DNA of 64,000 nucleotides from Bacteroidota bacterium (GTDB lineage: Bacteria > Bacteroidota > Bacteroidia > Palsa-948), in NCBI GenBank assembly GCA_016213405.1, contig JACRAM010000006.1, forward strand, positions 29,731 to 93,730, given 5' to 3'. The position numbers and the translations under genes were made by a program. Below are positions 47,591-57,042 of the stretch, piece after piece. The stretch's first letter is position 1. Every line of letters begins with the position of its first letter. The notes under the pieces are model-generated. The model saw only the letters and a program-made list of their open reading frames with translations. It did no database searches and was not told where the DNA came from.

Positions 47591-47668
47591 TGTTGTTCGA
47601 CCCTGAAAGGGTCGGATATGAATAGCAGCGTTAATTCTATTCATGTTCGACCCCGAAGGGGTCGAATA
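47590..47668. repeat. Tandem pair of GAA-loop hairpins (GTTCGACCCYGAARGGGTCGRA) flanking a small central palindrome, bioA-accC spacer
   Basis: gttcgaccctgaaagggtcgga ... gaatagcagcgttaattctattc ... gttcgaccccgaaggggtcgaa. Confidence 0.8.
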
Positions 47669-47687
47669 CATACGATAAAAATAACTT

Positions 47688-49178
47688 GTGATAATAAAAA
47701 AGGTTCTTATTGCTAACCGCGGAGAGATTGCTCTTCGCATTATGCGTTCGTGCAGGGAAATGGGCATTTCTACCGTTGCGGTTTTTTCTGAAGCGGACAG
47801 GAATGCTCCGTTTGTTCGCTATGCGGATGAAGCGGTTTGTATCGGTCCGCCTCCTTCTTCACAATCTTATCTCAACGGAAAAAAGATTATTGAAGTATGT
47901 AAACAGTTAAAAGTTGACGCTGTTCATCCCGGCTATGGTTTTCTTTCCGAGAATGCTGAGTTTGCCCGTTCAGTTGATAAAGCCGGAATTATTTTCATCG
48001 GACCTCCTGCTGAAGCAATGGAAATGATGGGCGACAAACTTTCTGCAAAAGCTACAGCGAAGAAACATAACGTTCCAATGGTGCCCGGAACTGAAGGAGC
48101 AATAGATGATATTAAAGAAGCAAAAAAAGTCGCTAAAGAAATTGGATTTCCAATTCTCATCAAAGCAAGCGCTGGAGGTGGTGGAAAAGGAATGCGCATA
48201 GTGGAAAAAGAAAATGACCTGGAAGAAGAAGTCAAGCGTGCATCCAGCGAAGCGAAATCTGCTTTTGGAGATGGATCAGTGTTCATTGAAAAATATGTTG
48301 AGAAGCCAAGGCATGTGGAAATTCAAATTCTCGCGGATAAGCACGGCAATGTGGTTTATCTTTTTGAGCGTGAGTGTTCAGTTCAGCGTAGACATCAAAA
48401 GGTTGTGGAGGAAGCGCCATCAACCGTTCTCACTCCTGAAATCAGAAAGAAGATGGGCGAGTGTGCTGTGAGTTTGTCAAAAGCCTGCGGATATGTTGGA
48501 GCGGGAACGGTTGAGTTCCTTGTTGACGCAAAAAAGAATTTCTATTTTCTTGAAGTAAATACGCGCCTACAGGTTGAACACCCGGTCACAGAAATGATAA
48601 CAGGAACTGATCTGGTGAAAGAACAAATCAAAGTTGCTCAAGGAGAAAAACTTTCTTTCAAACAGGAGGATTTAAAAATCAATGGACACTCCATTGAGGT
48701 GCGGGTGTATGCTGAGGACCCGGCAAATAATTTTCTTCCTGATATAGGCAGGCTGGTTTCGTATAAAATTCCTCAAGGAGTTGGAGTGCGTGTAGATGAT
48801 GGCTTTGAAGAAGGAATGGATATTCCGATTTATTATGACCCGATGATTGCCAAACTGATTTCTTACGGAAAGAATAGAGAAGAGGCAATTGCAAGAATGA
48901 TTCGCGCGATTGATGAATATAAAATCATTGGCGTTGAAACTACTTTGCCGTTCTGCAAGTTTGTTCTTAAGCATGAAGCATTCACCTCTGGAAATTTCGA
49001 CACGCATTTTGTAAGCAAATATTTTATTCCTAAAAAATTGTTTCCTGAATCAGAAGACGAGGCATTTGTTGCTGCACTTGTTTCTTCCCGACTTATGAAA
49101 ACTGCAAAGTCAAACATTTCAAATAATCATTCAGCTTCTGTTTCTAAATGGAAAAAGAACCGAATTACTGAAGAATAA
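47688..49178 (+). CDS. accC: Acetyl-CoA carboxylase biotin carboxylase subunit (GTG start)
   Basis: [27 protein letters not shown]..., ATP-grasp core, 496 aa, no BCCP domain. Confidence 0.85.
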   Translation: MIIKKVLIANRGEIALRIMRSCREMGISTVAVFSEADRNAPFVRYADEAVCIGPPPSSQSYLNGKKIIEVCKQLKVDAVHPGYGFLSENAEFARSVDKAGIIFIGPPAEAMEMMGDKLSAKATAKKHNVPMVPGTEGAIDDIKEAKKVAKEIGFPILIKASAGGGGKGMRIVEKENDLEEEVKRASSEAKSAFGDGSVFIEKYVEKPRHVEIQILADKHGNVVYLFERECSVQRRHQKVVEEAPSTVLTPEIRKKMGECAVSLSKACGYVGAGTVEFLVDAKKNFYFLEVNTRLQVEHPVTEMITGTDLVKEQIKVAQGEKLSFKQEDLKINGHSIEVRVYAEDPANNFLPDIGRLVSYKIPQGVGVRVDDGFEEGMDIPIYYDPMIAKLISYGKNREEAIARMIRAIDEYKIIGVETTLPFCKFVLKHEAFTSGNFDTHFVSKYFIPKKLFPESEDEAFVAALVSSRLMKTAKSNISNNHSASVSKWKKNRITEE

Positions 49179-49292
49179 TACATCATTCTTTTCAGATTTT
49201 GCATTTGTTGGTAATTTCCCTACCTTTGAAGTAACATTTCAGGCATTCGTTCGTTAAATTAGTGGCATAGTTCTTGAAATGATTCAGATCAA

Positions 49293-49934
49293 ATGACAAA
49301 ATTCGCTTACATAGTTCGGGTAATTTCAGCAATGATTCTTTTACTCTTGTTCGTTTCAGACGGAGTTTTCGCTCAGCTAAAAAATATTTCACAGAATGAT
49401 ATGAATATTCCTTTTCAGAATAATATCATGCTGACTGCATTTCCTTATCATGGTGAAACTCTTCCTACGCTTACTCTTAAAGAGTTTCCTGTTATAGCAG
49501 TTCGCACTTTCAAAAGTGAAAAAGATAAACTTGCTTATTTTAAACTGAAGCGCGATGTGCGAAAAGCATACCCTTACGCTGTGCTTGCATCCATTAAGCT
49601 AAAAGAGTATGACGCGATTCTTGTCAACGTTCCTGAAAATAAGCGCGCACCTTTTTTGAAAAAAACAGAGAAAGAACTTAAAGAGCAGTTTGAAGCCGAT
49701 TTAAAAAATCTTACCATGAACCAGGGAAGAATTCTGATCCGTCTGATCAATCGTGAAACAGGAATGACAACTTATAAAGTGATAAAAGATTATCGCGGTG
49801 GATTCTCCGCATTTATGTGGCAGTCGCTCGGGCTTTTATGGGGAAATAATCTAAAGTGGACATACGATCCTTCCAAAGGAGAAGACATGCTGATTGAAGG
49901 AATCATTCAGGAAATTCAGGACAAAGAAGTTTGA
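49293..49934 (+). CDS. Hypothetical secreted protein (Bacteroidota DUF)
   Basis: Signal peptide MTKFAYIVRVISAMILLLLFVSDGVFAQ; 213 aa; no motif recognised. Confidence 0.4.
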   Translation: MTKFAYIVRVISAMILLLLFVSDGVFAQLKNISQNDMNIPFQNNIMLTAFPYHGETLPTLTLKEFPVIAVRTFKSEKDKLAYFKLKRDVRKAYPYAVLASIKLKEYDAILVNVPENKRAPFLKKTEKELKEQFEADLKNLTMNQGRILIRLINRETGMTTYKVIKDYRGGFSAFMWQSLGLLWGNNLKWTYDPSKGEDMLIEGIIQEIQDKEV

Positions 49935-50824
49935 TTCTTTCTGAATCTTTCAGCAACTACCAACTCTTTACTTCCGGCAGAATACTGATAAAACCCTTTT
50001 CCGGATTTAACTCCAAAATTTCCTTCAGCAACCATATTTACTAGCAGAGGACAAGGAGCATATTTAAGAGAGCTGAATCCATCTTCAAGAACTTTCATGA
50101 TTGAAAGACAAACATCCAGCCCGATGAAATCTGCAAGCTGGAGCGGACCCATCGGATGAGCCATTCCGAGTTTCATTACTGTATCAATTTCTTCAACGCC
50201 TGAAACGCCTTCGTGCAGGGCATAAATTGCTTCGTTGATCATGGGCATTAAAATTCTGTTTGCAACAAATCCGGGCGCGTCATTTACTTCAACAGGAATT
50301 TTTTTCAGCTTGCGGGAAAGTTCCATTACAATTTTCGTTACCTCATCTGAAGTAGCTTTCCCGCGAATCACTTCCACTAATTTCATTAATGGCACAGGAT
50401 TCATAAAATGCATTCCGATTACTTTGTCAGCACGTTTGGTTACAGATGAGATTTTCGTAATGGAGATAGAAGAAGTATTGCTGGCAAGAATTGCATCGGG
50501 CTTGCAGATGGAATCCAATTGTTTGAAGATATTCAGTTTTAATTCTGAATTTTCTGTTGCAGCTTCTACAACCAAATCTGCATTCTTTGCTCCGTCTTCC
50601 AGTTTTATAAAAGTGGAAATATTTTTTAATGTATTCTGCTTATCCGCTTCTGTAATGCTTCCTTTCGCAACTTGCCTGTCAATATTTTTTGTGATGGTTG
50701 CAATTGCTTTATCCAGAAATTCCTGCTTGATGTCAACCAGCGAAACTTTATATCCGAACTGCGCAAAAGTGTGGGCAATTCCGTTGCCCATAGTTCCGCA
50801 TCCGATAACTGATATTTGCTGCAT
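49916..50824 (-). CDS. hbd: 3-hydroxybutyryl-CoA / 3-hydroxyacyl-CoA dehydrogenase
   Basis: MQQISVIGCGTMGNGIAHTFAQFGYKVSLVD (NAD Rossmann) and the C-terminal 3HCDH domain; 302 aa. Confidence 0.85.
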   Translation of the reverse strand: MQQISVIGCGTMGNGIAHTFAQFGYKVSLVDIKQEFLDKAIATITKNIDRQVAKGSITEADKQNTLKNISTFIKLEDGAKNADLVVEAATENSELKLNIFKQLDSICKPDAILASNTSSISITKISSVTKRADKVIGMHFMNPVPLMKLVEVIRGKATSDEVTKIVMELSRKLKKIPVEVNDAPGFVANRILMPMINEAIYALHEGVSGVEEIDTVMKLGMAHPMGPLQLADFIGLDVCLSIMKVLEDGFSSLKYAPCPLLVNMVAEGNFGVKSGKGFYQYSAGSKELVVAERFRKNQTSLS

Positions 50825-50840
50825 TGCTTATCCTTTTTTA

Positions 50841-51488
50841 TCAAACAAATTCATCAGGATTTATTATACGATAGACGATTGCCGCAACCGTGCTGCCTGT
50901 AAATGGTCCGGCAATGTAAATCCATAGAAATTGCTCAGGATGACAAGGGCATGAGCCGAAAATTGTGTCCACGAGAATAGGTCCCATGCCAACTGCGGGA
51001 TTAAATGCTCCGCCAGATATCGGTCCCGCAATAATTGCTCCTGCTAAAACAGTAAATCCAATTGCAAGACCATAATAACTATTGCCTGCAGTTTTCTTTG
51101 AAGTGGCTACAGACAGCACAACCAAAGCAAGCGCAAAGGTGAAAACCATTTCAACAGCAAGCGGCTTGAGGATGTTGATTTCAGTTGCCGGTTTCGGTCC
51201 GCCAATGCTTCTTCCCCAAATGAGAAAGAAAAAATAAGCTGCGGCAAACGCAGCAATAAACTGAACCAGCATATAGAACAAAGAATCTTTCGGGCTTATT
51301 TTTCCTCTTAGCCAAACGGCAAATGTTACCGCAGGATTATAATGAGCGCCAGAAATATGCCCGCCCATATACACCATCACCATCAGTGTAGCGCCAATGC
51401 CAAGGGGGGCAAGAAAGTTGCCGCCAGAAAGACATACAGCAAGAACAAGAAAAAATGTTCCGATGAATTCAACAATATATTTTCTCAT
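50841..51488 (-). CDS. aqpZ: MIP-family channel (aquaporin Z-like)
   Basis: Two NPA boxes (HYNPAVTFA and FNPAVGMG); 215 aa. Confidence 0.85.
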   Translation of the reverse strand: MRKYIVEFIGTFFLVLAVCLSGGNFLAPLGIGATLMVMVYMGGHISGAHYNPAVTFAVWLRGKISPKDSLFYMLVQFIAAFAAAYFFFLIWGRSIGGPKPATEINILKPLAVEMVFTFALALVVLSVATSKKTAGNSYYGLAIGFTVLAGAIIAGPISGGAFNPAVGMGPILVDTIFGSCPCHPEQFLWIYIAGPFTGSTVAAIVYRIINPDEFV

Positions 51489-51579
51489 GATATATATTTA
51501 AAAGTTTGTGACAAAGGTAAATTTTTTACTTTCGCCTCTCTTAAAAGAATTTCACAATCAAATCCTAATACATATTTCT

Positions 51580-52053
51580 ATGCCAATCACCATCGGACAG
51601 AAAGCGCCCAACTTCAATCTTCCTGATCAGGAGAAGAATATGGTTTCATTGGAGGGATTAAAAGGAAAAAATGTTGTTCTTCTTTTCTTTCCTGCCGCGT
51701 TTACGGGCGTGTGTACAAAAGAATTGTGCCAGACACGCGATGAGCTTTCTTTTTATAATGGAATGAATGCAAAAGTTTATGGTGTGTCTGTTGACATGCC
51801 ATTTTCTCTTGGAAAATTCAAGGAGATGAATGGAATTACTTTTCCGCTTCTTTCTGATTTTAATAAGGAAGCTATCACCGCTTACGATGTGTGCAATGAA
51901 AATTTTTCTGTTGGATTGAAAGGCGTTGCCAAGCGCGCTTCGTTTGTGATTGATAAAGAAGGCACCGTTGTTTTTGCAGAAGTTCTCCCGAACCCTGGCG
52001 ACTACCCGAACTTTGACGGAATCAAGAAAGCGCTGGAAACAGCTAAGCAGTAA
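51580..52053 (+). CDS. Peroxiredoxin (AhpC/TSA family, BCP/PrxQ-like)
   Basis: FPAAFTGVCTKELC (P-x3-T-x2-C peroxidatic Cys with a resolving Cys 5 residues later). The track ORF starts 24 codons upstream at a weaker Met. Confidence 0.75.
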   Translation: MPITIGQKAPNFNLPDQEKNMVSLEGLKGKNVVLLFFPAAFTGVCTKELCQTRDELSFYNGMNAKVYGVSVDMPFSLGKFKEMNGITFPLLSDFNKEAITAYDVCNENFSVGLKGVAKRASFVIDKEGTVVFAEVLPNPGDYPNFDGIKKALETAKQ

Positions 52054-52753
52054 TTATCGCCAGCCCCATTCCTGCAAGAATCGTAACAAGTTTCATGATG
52101 TGAAAGCGGTGCTGTTCGCTGCTTTCAAACAGGATGGTGGTGGATACATGAAGAAAAATTCCTACCACCACTGCCATCAGGTAATTTGAATAGTTGGTAA
52201 TCAAATGCATATTTCCTTCCAGAAGATTTCCGGTGAGCGCTCCGAGCGGGGTCATGAGCGCGAAAACAAATAACCAGAAAAAAGCAATGCCCTTTTTTTG
52301 TCCTGATTGAATGAGCATGCTCATCAGTGCGATGGCAATAGGCACGTTGTGAAGCATGATTCCGGTTGCGAGAGATTTTTTTGTCTCGGTAAATTCACCA
52401 GCCAGCGGCATTCCTTCAATAAAAGAGTGAACAGAAAGAGCAAGCATCACAGCGATGGGGAAAGTTTTTTCTTCGTGCTGGTGAACGTGAATGTGCCCGT
52501 GCTCAATGCCCTCAGAAAAATATTCAATGAGGATTTGAAGAAGAAAGCCAGCGAGAATAAAAATTCCCGTCTTGACATTTGCATTTGAATATATTTCAGG
52601 AATAAGGTGAAGAACGGCAATGGCAAGAAGATAGGCTCCGCTGAAGGCAAGAATCAGTTTCAGTGTTTTGCCTCCGATCTGAAAAAATAAAACGCTGCTT
52701 CCGCTGATGATAACTGTAATGAAGAGGAGTATGTAAATCAATTCGCCTGACAT
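52043..52753 (-). CDS. ZIP-family divalent metal transporter (ZupT-like)
   Basis: 8-TM protein with a His-rich loop (HGHIHVHQHEE) and HSFIEGM in TM4/5. Confidence 0.7.
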   Translation of the reverse strand: MSGELIYILLFITVIISGSSVLFFQIGGKTLKLILAFSGAYLLAIAVLHLIPEIYSNANVKTGIFILAGFLLQILIEYFSEGIEHGHIHVHQHEEKTFPIAVMLALSVHSFIEGMPLAGEFTETKKSLATGIMLHNVPIAIALMSMLIQSGQKKGIAFFWLFVFALMTPLGALTGNLLEGNMHLITNYSNYLMAVVVGIFLHVSTTILFESSEQHRFHIMKLVTILAGMGLAIITA

Positions 52754-53481
52754 TATTTCTTTTTCCCTATGAGGATTAATCTTTCGGATTTTGTTTCATC
52801 AAATTTATTTAAGCTGTAATCGCCAAACAAATGTAGCACCTCCAGTCCGTTTTCAGCGAAAAAGTTTTCAAGGTCTCTTTGAGTATATGCTTTAACCTGT
52901 TCCCGGAATGAAAAACCTTTTCCGTTATCAGTAACAGAAATTTCTTTTACGATGGAATTATCCTCAATGAATCGTTTGATTTCAAACGCAACCTCTTTGC
53001 ATTCCATTTTCTCGTTCGGAATAAGTTCTTTTATTTCTTTATAGGAGTTCATGAAGTCCAGTATAAGCCATCCGTCTTTTTTCAGAGCGCTGGTCATTGA
53101 TTTCACCGCCTTGTTGTTTTCAGCATCTCTTTCAAAATATCCGAAGCTGGTGAATAAACTCAGCACCGCGTTGTAATAATTTATTCTGAAAAAATTTCTT
53201 TGGTCGTGAATATAAAAGGTAAGGTTTTCCTTTTCCGATTTTTTAGCTTCGGCAATATTTTTTTCGCTGATGTCAATGCCCGTAACATCAAATTCTTTTT
53301 CGGCAAGATAAATGGAATGCCTTCCCCGCCCGCAGCCGCAATCAAGAATTTTGTTTTTGGGAGAAAGCTTTAGCAAGGATACCAGATTGCCGAGAAACAA
53401 CTTGGCTTCATCCGCATTGCGGTGCTTGTAAAGCATGCAATAATATTCCGAGCCGAACCAGTCCTGAATCCAGCCGGTCAT
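52753..53481 (-). CDS. Class I SAM-dependent methyltransferase
   Basis: ILDCGCGRGRHS motif I, DVTGIDIS motif II. Confidence 0.75.
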   Translation of the reverse strand: MTGWIQDWFGSEYYCMLYKHRNADEAKLFLGNLVSLLKLSPKNKILDCGCGRGRHSIYLAEKEFDVTGIDISEKNIAEAKKSEKENLTFYIHDQRNFFRINYYNAVLSLFTSFGYFERDAENNKAVKSMTSALKKDGWLILDFMNSYKEIKELIPNEKMECKEVAFEIKRFIEDNSIVKEISVTDNGKGFSFREQVKAYTQRDLENFFAENGLEVLHLFGDYSLNKFDETKSERLILIGKKK

Positions 53482-53520
53482 TGAGAAAGTATTATCAGTA
53501 AATTTGAAAAATGCATTTGC

Positions 53521-53832
53521 TTGAAAACTAACTTAAAGATAAAGTTCTTCATTTTTTTTGTTTCGGCAACATTATTTTCAGTTCAATGCTATTCGCAGCG
53601 CGCCAGCGGGGAGAGCCCGATCATATCAGGAGCAAAAAACATTGTTAAAGCTGCAGCGCCTGTAGTGAAAGACGGTTACAGAAGAATTGAAAAAAGATCG
53701 GGAGCCGTGCGCGCTATTAATGGCGCTGTTTCACAGGCAAAGCCGATGATAGACAAAGCTATTCCTATGGTGCAAAAAGGTTTTATCATCGGCAAGAAAA
53801 TATATAAGATTCTTAAAAAGATTTTAAGGTGA
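53521..53832 (+). CDS. Small secreted protein with cationic amphipathic C-terminus
   Basis: Signal peptide then ...KGFIIGKKIYKILKKILR; 103 aa. Its stop overlaps the downstream GTG start. Confidence 0.35.
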   Translation: MKTNLKIKFFIFFVSATLFSVQCYSQRASGESPIISGAKNIVKAAAPVVKDGYRRIEKRSGAVRAINGAVSQAKPMIDKAIPMVQKGFIIGKKIYKILKKILR

Positions 53833-55037
53833 CCAACCGCCAGTTGTTTTTCAACCATCTGGCGCAGACCTCCGCTGCGCCTCCCGCTCTTGAAATTAAA
53901 AGCGCGAAGGGAATTTATCTCTATGGCGCTGACGGAAAAAAATACATGGATTTGATTGCTGGAATTTCTGTTAGTAATGTGGGGCATGGAAATCCGAAAG
54001 TGCTGAGCGCGATAAAAAAGCAGTTAGACAAGCACAGTTACCTGATGGTTTACGGAGAATATACTGTTGCCCCGCAGGTGGAATACGCAAATCTTCTGTT
54101 CAACTATCTGCCAAAGAAATTGAACAATATCTATTTCGTTAATTCAGGAAGCGAAGCGGTGGAAGGCGCGCTTAAACTTGCCAAGCGGTTTTCGGGCAGA
54201 ACAGAAATCATCGCTTTTAAAAATGCGTATCACGGAAGCACACACGGAGCGCTGAGCGTGATGGGAAATGAAACGATGAAGCAGGCATTCCGCCCATTGC
54301 TGCCTGATGTGCGCTTTATCGAATTCAATAATGAAAAACATCTTGAACAAATTACAAACAAGACTGCATGTGTAATTGTGGAGCCGATTCAGGGAGAAGC
54401 AGGGGTAATAAGTCCCAAGTCCCAAGTCCCAAGTCCTAAGTCTCAAGGCAAAAACTTTCTTCAACTGCTAAGAGAAAGATGCGATGAAACCGAAACGCTT
54501 TTAATCTTTGATGAGATACAAACCGGAATGGGCAGAACAGGAACTTTATTTGCGTTTGAGAAATACAAAGTGGTGCCTGATATTCTTTGTCTGGCGAAAG
54601 CGTTTGGCGGAGGAATGCCGCTTGGCGCGTTCATCTCTTCGAAAGAAATCATGTCAACGCTTTCTCATCATCCGGCACTGGGGCACATCACTACTTTTGG
54701 CGGTCATCCGCTGAGTTGTGTGGCAGGAATGGAGACGTTGAAAATTACGAATGACGAATTACGAATGGCGAATTCAAAATCAAAGCTCTTCAAAAAACTT
54801 TTAGTTCATCCGCGCATTAAAGAAGTGAGGGGAGAGGGCTTGCTTCTCGCGGTTCAGTTTGGGAGCGAAGAGGAAAACAAAAAAATAATTTCACGGTGTA
54901 TGGAGAACGGTGTGATAACCGATTGGTTTCTTTTCTGCCCTTCTGCCATGCGCATTGCGCCTCCGCTTATTATTACAGAAAAAGAAATAAGGAAAGCGTG
55001 TGAGGTGATTTTGAAAAGTATTGAAGAAGTAATTTAG
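53829..55037 (+). CDS. Class-III (acetylornithine/ArgD-like) PLP aminotransferase, GTG start
   Basis: SGSEAVEGALKLAKR..., DEIQTGMGRTG, LAKAFGGGMPLGA (PLP-Lys region). It carries two in-frame heptamer-repeat insertions. Confidence 0.8.
   Translation: MTNRQLFFNHLAQTSAAPPALEIKSAKGIYLYGADGKKYMDLIAGISVSNVGHGNPKVLSAIKKQLDKHSYLMVYGEYTVAPQVEYANLLFNYLPKKLNNIYFVNSGSEAVEGALKLAKRFSGRTEIIAFKNAYHGSTHGALSVMGNETMKQAFRPLLPDVRFIEFNNEKHLEQITNKTACVIVEPIQGEAGVISPKSQVPSPKSQGKNFLQLLRERCDETETLLIFDEIQTGMGRTGTLFAFEKYKVVPDILCLAKAFGGGMPLGAFISSKEIMSTLSHHPALGHITTFGGHPLSCVAGMETLKITNDELRMANSKSKLFKKLLVHPRIKEVRGEGLLLAVQFGSEEENKKIISRCMENGVITDWFLFCPSAMRIAPPLIITEKEIRKACEVILKSIEEVI
54411..54448. repeat. Heptanucleotide tandem repeat (AGTCCCA x ~5.4) in frame within the aminotransferase
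   Basis: agtcccaagtcccaagtcccaagtcctaagtctcaagg; encodes SPKSQVPSPKSQ right after the conserved IQGEAGVI. Confidence 0.9.
54747..54774. repeat. Heptanucleotide tandem repeat (ACGAATK x 4) in frame within the aminotransferase
   Basis: acgaatgacgaattacgaatggcgaatt; encodes TNDELRMAN. Confidence 0.9.
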
Positions 55038-55423
55038 TAAACTCCTGTAGTAAGCATCACTAGCGTGCAGGCTTCGAGGGATTCAATTCCTGCATCACGA
55101 ATTATTTTTGCAAACTCAGGATTTTCAGCGCCCGGATTAAAGATAACGCGCCTGGGTTTTAAGGAAAGAATATAATCGTAATAAACGGGCTGGTTCTTTG
55201 CTCCCACATACAGCGAAACAGAATCAACCCCTTCAATCTTCGGAAAACCTGTTTGAATTATCACACTATCAAACCCGAGGGCACCATTTGCAATGCCTGA
55301 AATTCTTCCTTGCTTTAAACCAATGGCAATTACATTATGGTTGTGCTCCCGCAGTTTTCTCACCGCACGGTTTGAATACCGCTCACGATTTTCTGATGCG
55401 CCTATTACTACGGTTGTCTTCAT
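55034..55423 (-). CDS. CoA-binding domain protein (YccU-like)
   Basis: MKTTVVIGASENRERYSNRAVRKL... Rossmann-like CoA-binding fold; 129 aa. Confidence 0.8.
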   Translation of the reverse strand: MKTTVVIGASENRERYSNRAVRKLREHNHNVIAIGLKQGRISGIANGALGFDSVIIQTGFPKIEGVDSVSLYVGAKNQPVYYDYILSLKPRRVIFNPGAENPEFAKIIRDAGIESLEACTLVMLTTGVY

Positions 55424-55504
55424 CTGCGAATACGAATATGTACGAATCTACTAATTTTTCTTTGTTTTTATTCGTTTATTCGTATTGATTCGTATTCGTA
55501 GATG
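55421..55504. repeat. Inverted repeat built from CGAATAC-type heptamers around a T-rich centre (intergenic hairpin)
   Basis: catctgcgaatacgaatatgtacgaatctac ... cgtttattcgtattgattcgtattcgtagatg are near reverse complements. It spans from the CoA-binding gene start to the MFS stop. Confidence 0.8.
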
Positions 55505-56731
55505 TTATTCCACTTCAATATAATCCAAGTCCTTTCCGTATGTTTCTTTCAGTTTGAAAAGGGAGAAGAAGGCGAGAATCATTACCACTGCTCCAACAAT
55601 TATTGCAGATGATAAAATTCCCAGCGATACTGCCATAGCATTCCATGCCAGCGTCATCACTACCAAAGAACCGCGCACAAAATTAGGAACGGTGGTGGTG
55701 ACTGTGGAGCGTATGTTTGTGCCGAACTGTTCAGAAGCCACGGTGACGAACACTGCCCAATATCCTTGCGCAAGTCCGAGTATGAAAATGATGAGATAGA
55801 AAAGTCCGGTCGATGCACCGAATGAAGAAAAATATCCTGTGATGGAAAAAGTGAGCGCAATGAGCGCGATTAAAATCGCCATCCTTCTCGACTTCAGCCA
55901 TTGGCTCATGAATCCGGTTATTAAACTTCCGAGCGCTGCGCCAATGTAATGATACATGACCGCTCTGCCCGGATTGATTGCATCGGTAATTCCAAGATAT
56001 TCTCCAAACTCTTTCGAGAAGGTTACCAGTATTCCGATCACGAACCAGATAGGAAGCCCGAGCATGATACAGTAGATGTACTTGAAAAGTTTTTCTCGCG
56101 TGCTGAAGAGGGAAAAGAAATTACCGCGGCTTGCTTTTGATTCTTTCACTTTGTCAAACATTCCTGATTCGCTCACATACACGCGCAATCCTAAAAGAAA
56201 AAGTCCGAGCACTCCGCCTGCCCAATACGCTTCGCGCCATCCCCATTCTGCAACAGCGAAGGCAAGCACCGCGCCCGCAATCCCCACTCCCGATACAATG
56301 CTGGTTCCCCATCCGCGCGTTTCTTTTGTCATCACTTCAGATACGAGCGTGATGCCAATGCCCAGTTCTCCTGCTAATCCAAACCCTGCAACCACCCGAA
56401 GCCAGGCGTATTGTTCAAAGGTGTGCACAAATCCGTTGGCGATGTTGGCGAGCGAGTAGAGGAGTATGGTGAGAAATAATACAGCCAGTCTTCCTTTTTT
56501 ATCACCGAGAATGCCCCAAACGATTCCGCCAAGCAGCATTCCGATCATCTGCATGTTGATGAGAAATATTCCTGAGTTCTTTATCTGCTCTGCAGGAATT
56601 CCGATTTCTTTCAAACTCGGAACGCGCACAATGCTGAACAGGATCAGATCATAAATATCCACGAAGTAGCCGAGCGCGGCAACAATTACAATGATGTTGA
56701 ATGGATTTTTTGTGCCGGATAATCTGGACAT
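55505..56731 (-). CDS. MFS transporter
   Basis: 12-TM protein with the MFS loop motif ...GILGDKKGRL... between TM2 and TM3. Confidence 0.8.
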   Translation of the reverse strand: MSRLSGTKNPFNIIVIVAALGYFVDIYDLILFSIVRVPSLKEIGIPAEQIKNSGIFLINMQMIGMLLGGIVWGILGDKKGRLAVLFLTILLYSLANIANGFVHTFEQYAWLRVVAGFGLAGELGIGITLVSEVMTKETRGWGTSIVSGVGIAGAVLAFAVAEWGWREAYWAGGVLGLFLLGLRVYVSESGMFDKVKESKASRGNFFSLFSTREKLFKYIYCIMLGLPIWFVIGILVTFSKEFGEYLGITDAINPGRAVMYHYIGAALGSLITGFMSQWLKSRRMAILIALIALTFSITGYFSSFGASTGLFYLIIFILGLAQGYWAVFVTVASEQFGTNIRSTVTTTVPNFVRGSLVVMTLAWNAMAVSLGILSSAIIVGAVVMILAFFSLFKLKETYGKDLDYIEVE

Positions 56732-56976
56732 GAAAAAATACCCGAAACATATTTGTTTCTGGATTTGCGGGCTGGCGTTTACAACTTGATGACAACGAAT
56801 CGATACACTTCGATGCCTTCCCTTCCAACCCTGAAATTAGTTTTCAAGTGACGAAGATACAACTTCCTGACGATTTCGTTCCCGAATTGGACAAAATAGA
56901 GAACTTTTATGACTTGCATTTGCAGGAGTTGCTTCCGATTTCAGTTGGAGAGCAAGGCAACAATGGGAGTATTACC

Positions 56977-57014
56977 CAACAGGCAAAAGAAAACCCCTGT
57001 TATGCGAACAGGGG
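56977..57014 (-). terminator. Rho-independent terminator closing the phage-derived operon
   Basis: Minus-sense GCCCCUGUUCGCAUAACAGGGG stem-loop followed by UUUUCUUUUG. Confidence 0.65.
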
Positions 57015-57042
57015 CAAACTGGTGGGGTGATTTCGCTAAGAA

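Noticed and set aside
6226-54774. Short tandem repeats considered as possible CRISPR arrays
   Set aside because: Units are 7 nt with no spacers, arrays are under 40 nt, and most are inside coding sequence. There are no cas genes in the window.
56732-57042. Search for tRNA/tmRNA or att core at the left boundary of the phage-like module, and the 60-aa ORF 56848..57030
   Set aside because: No cloverleaf-compatible GTTCGAATC-type T-arm or acceptor pairing was found by eye. The ORF spans the terminator hairpin and has no features. The boundary nature is left open.
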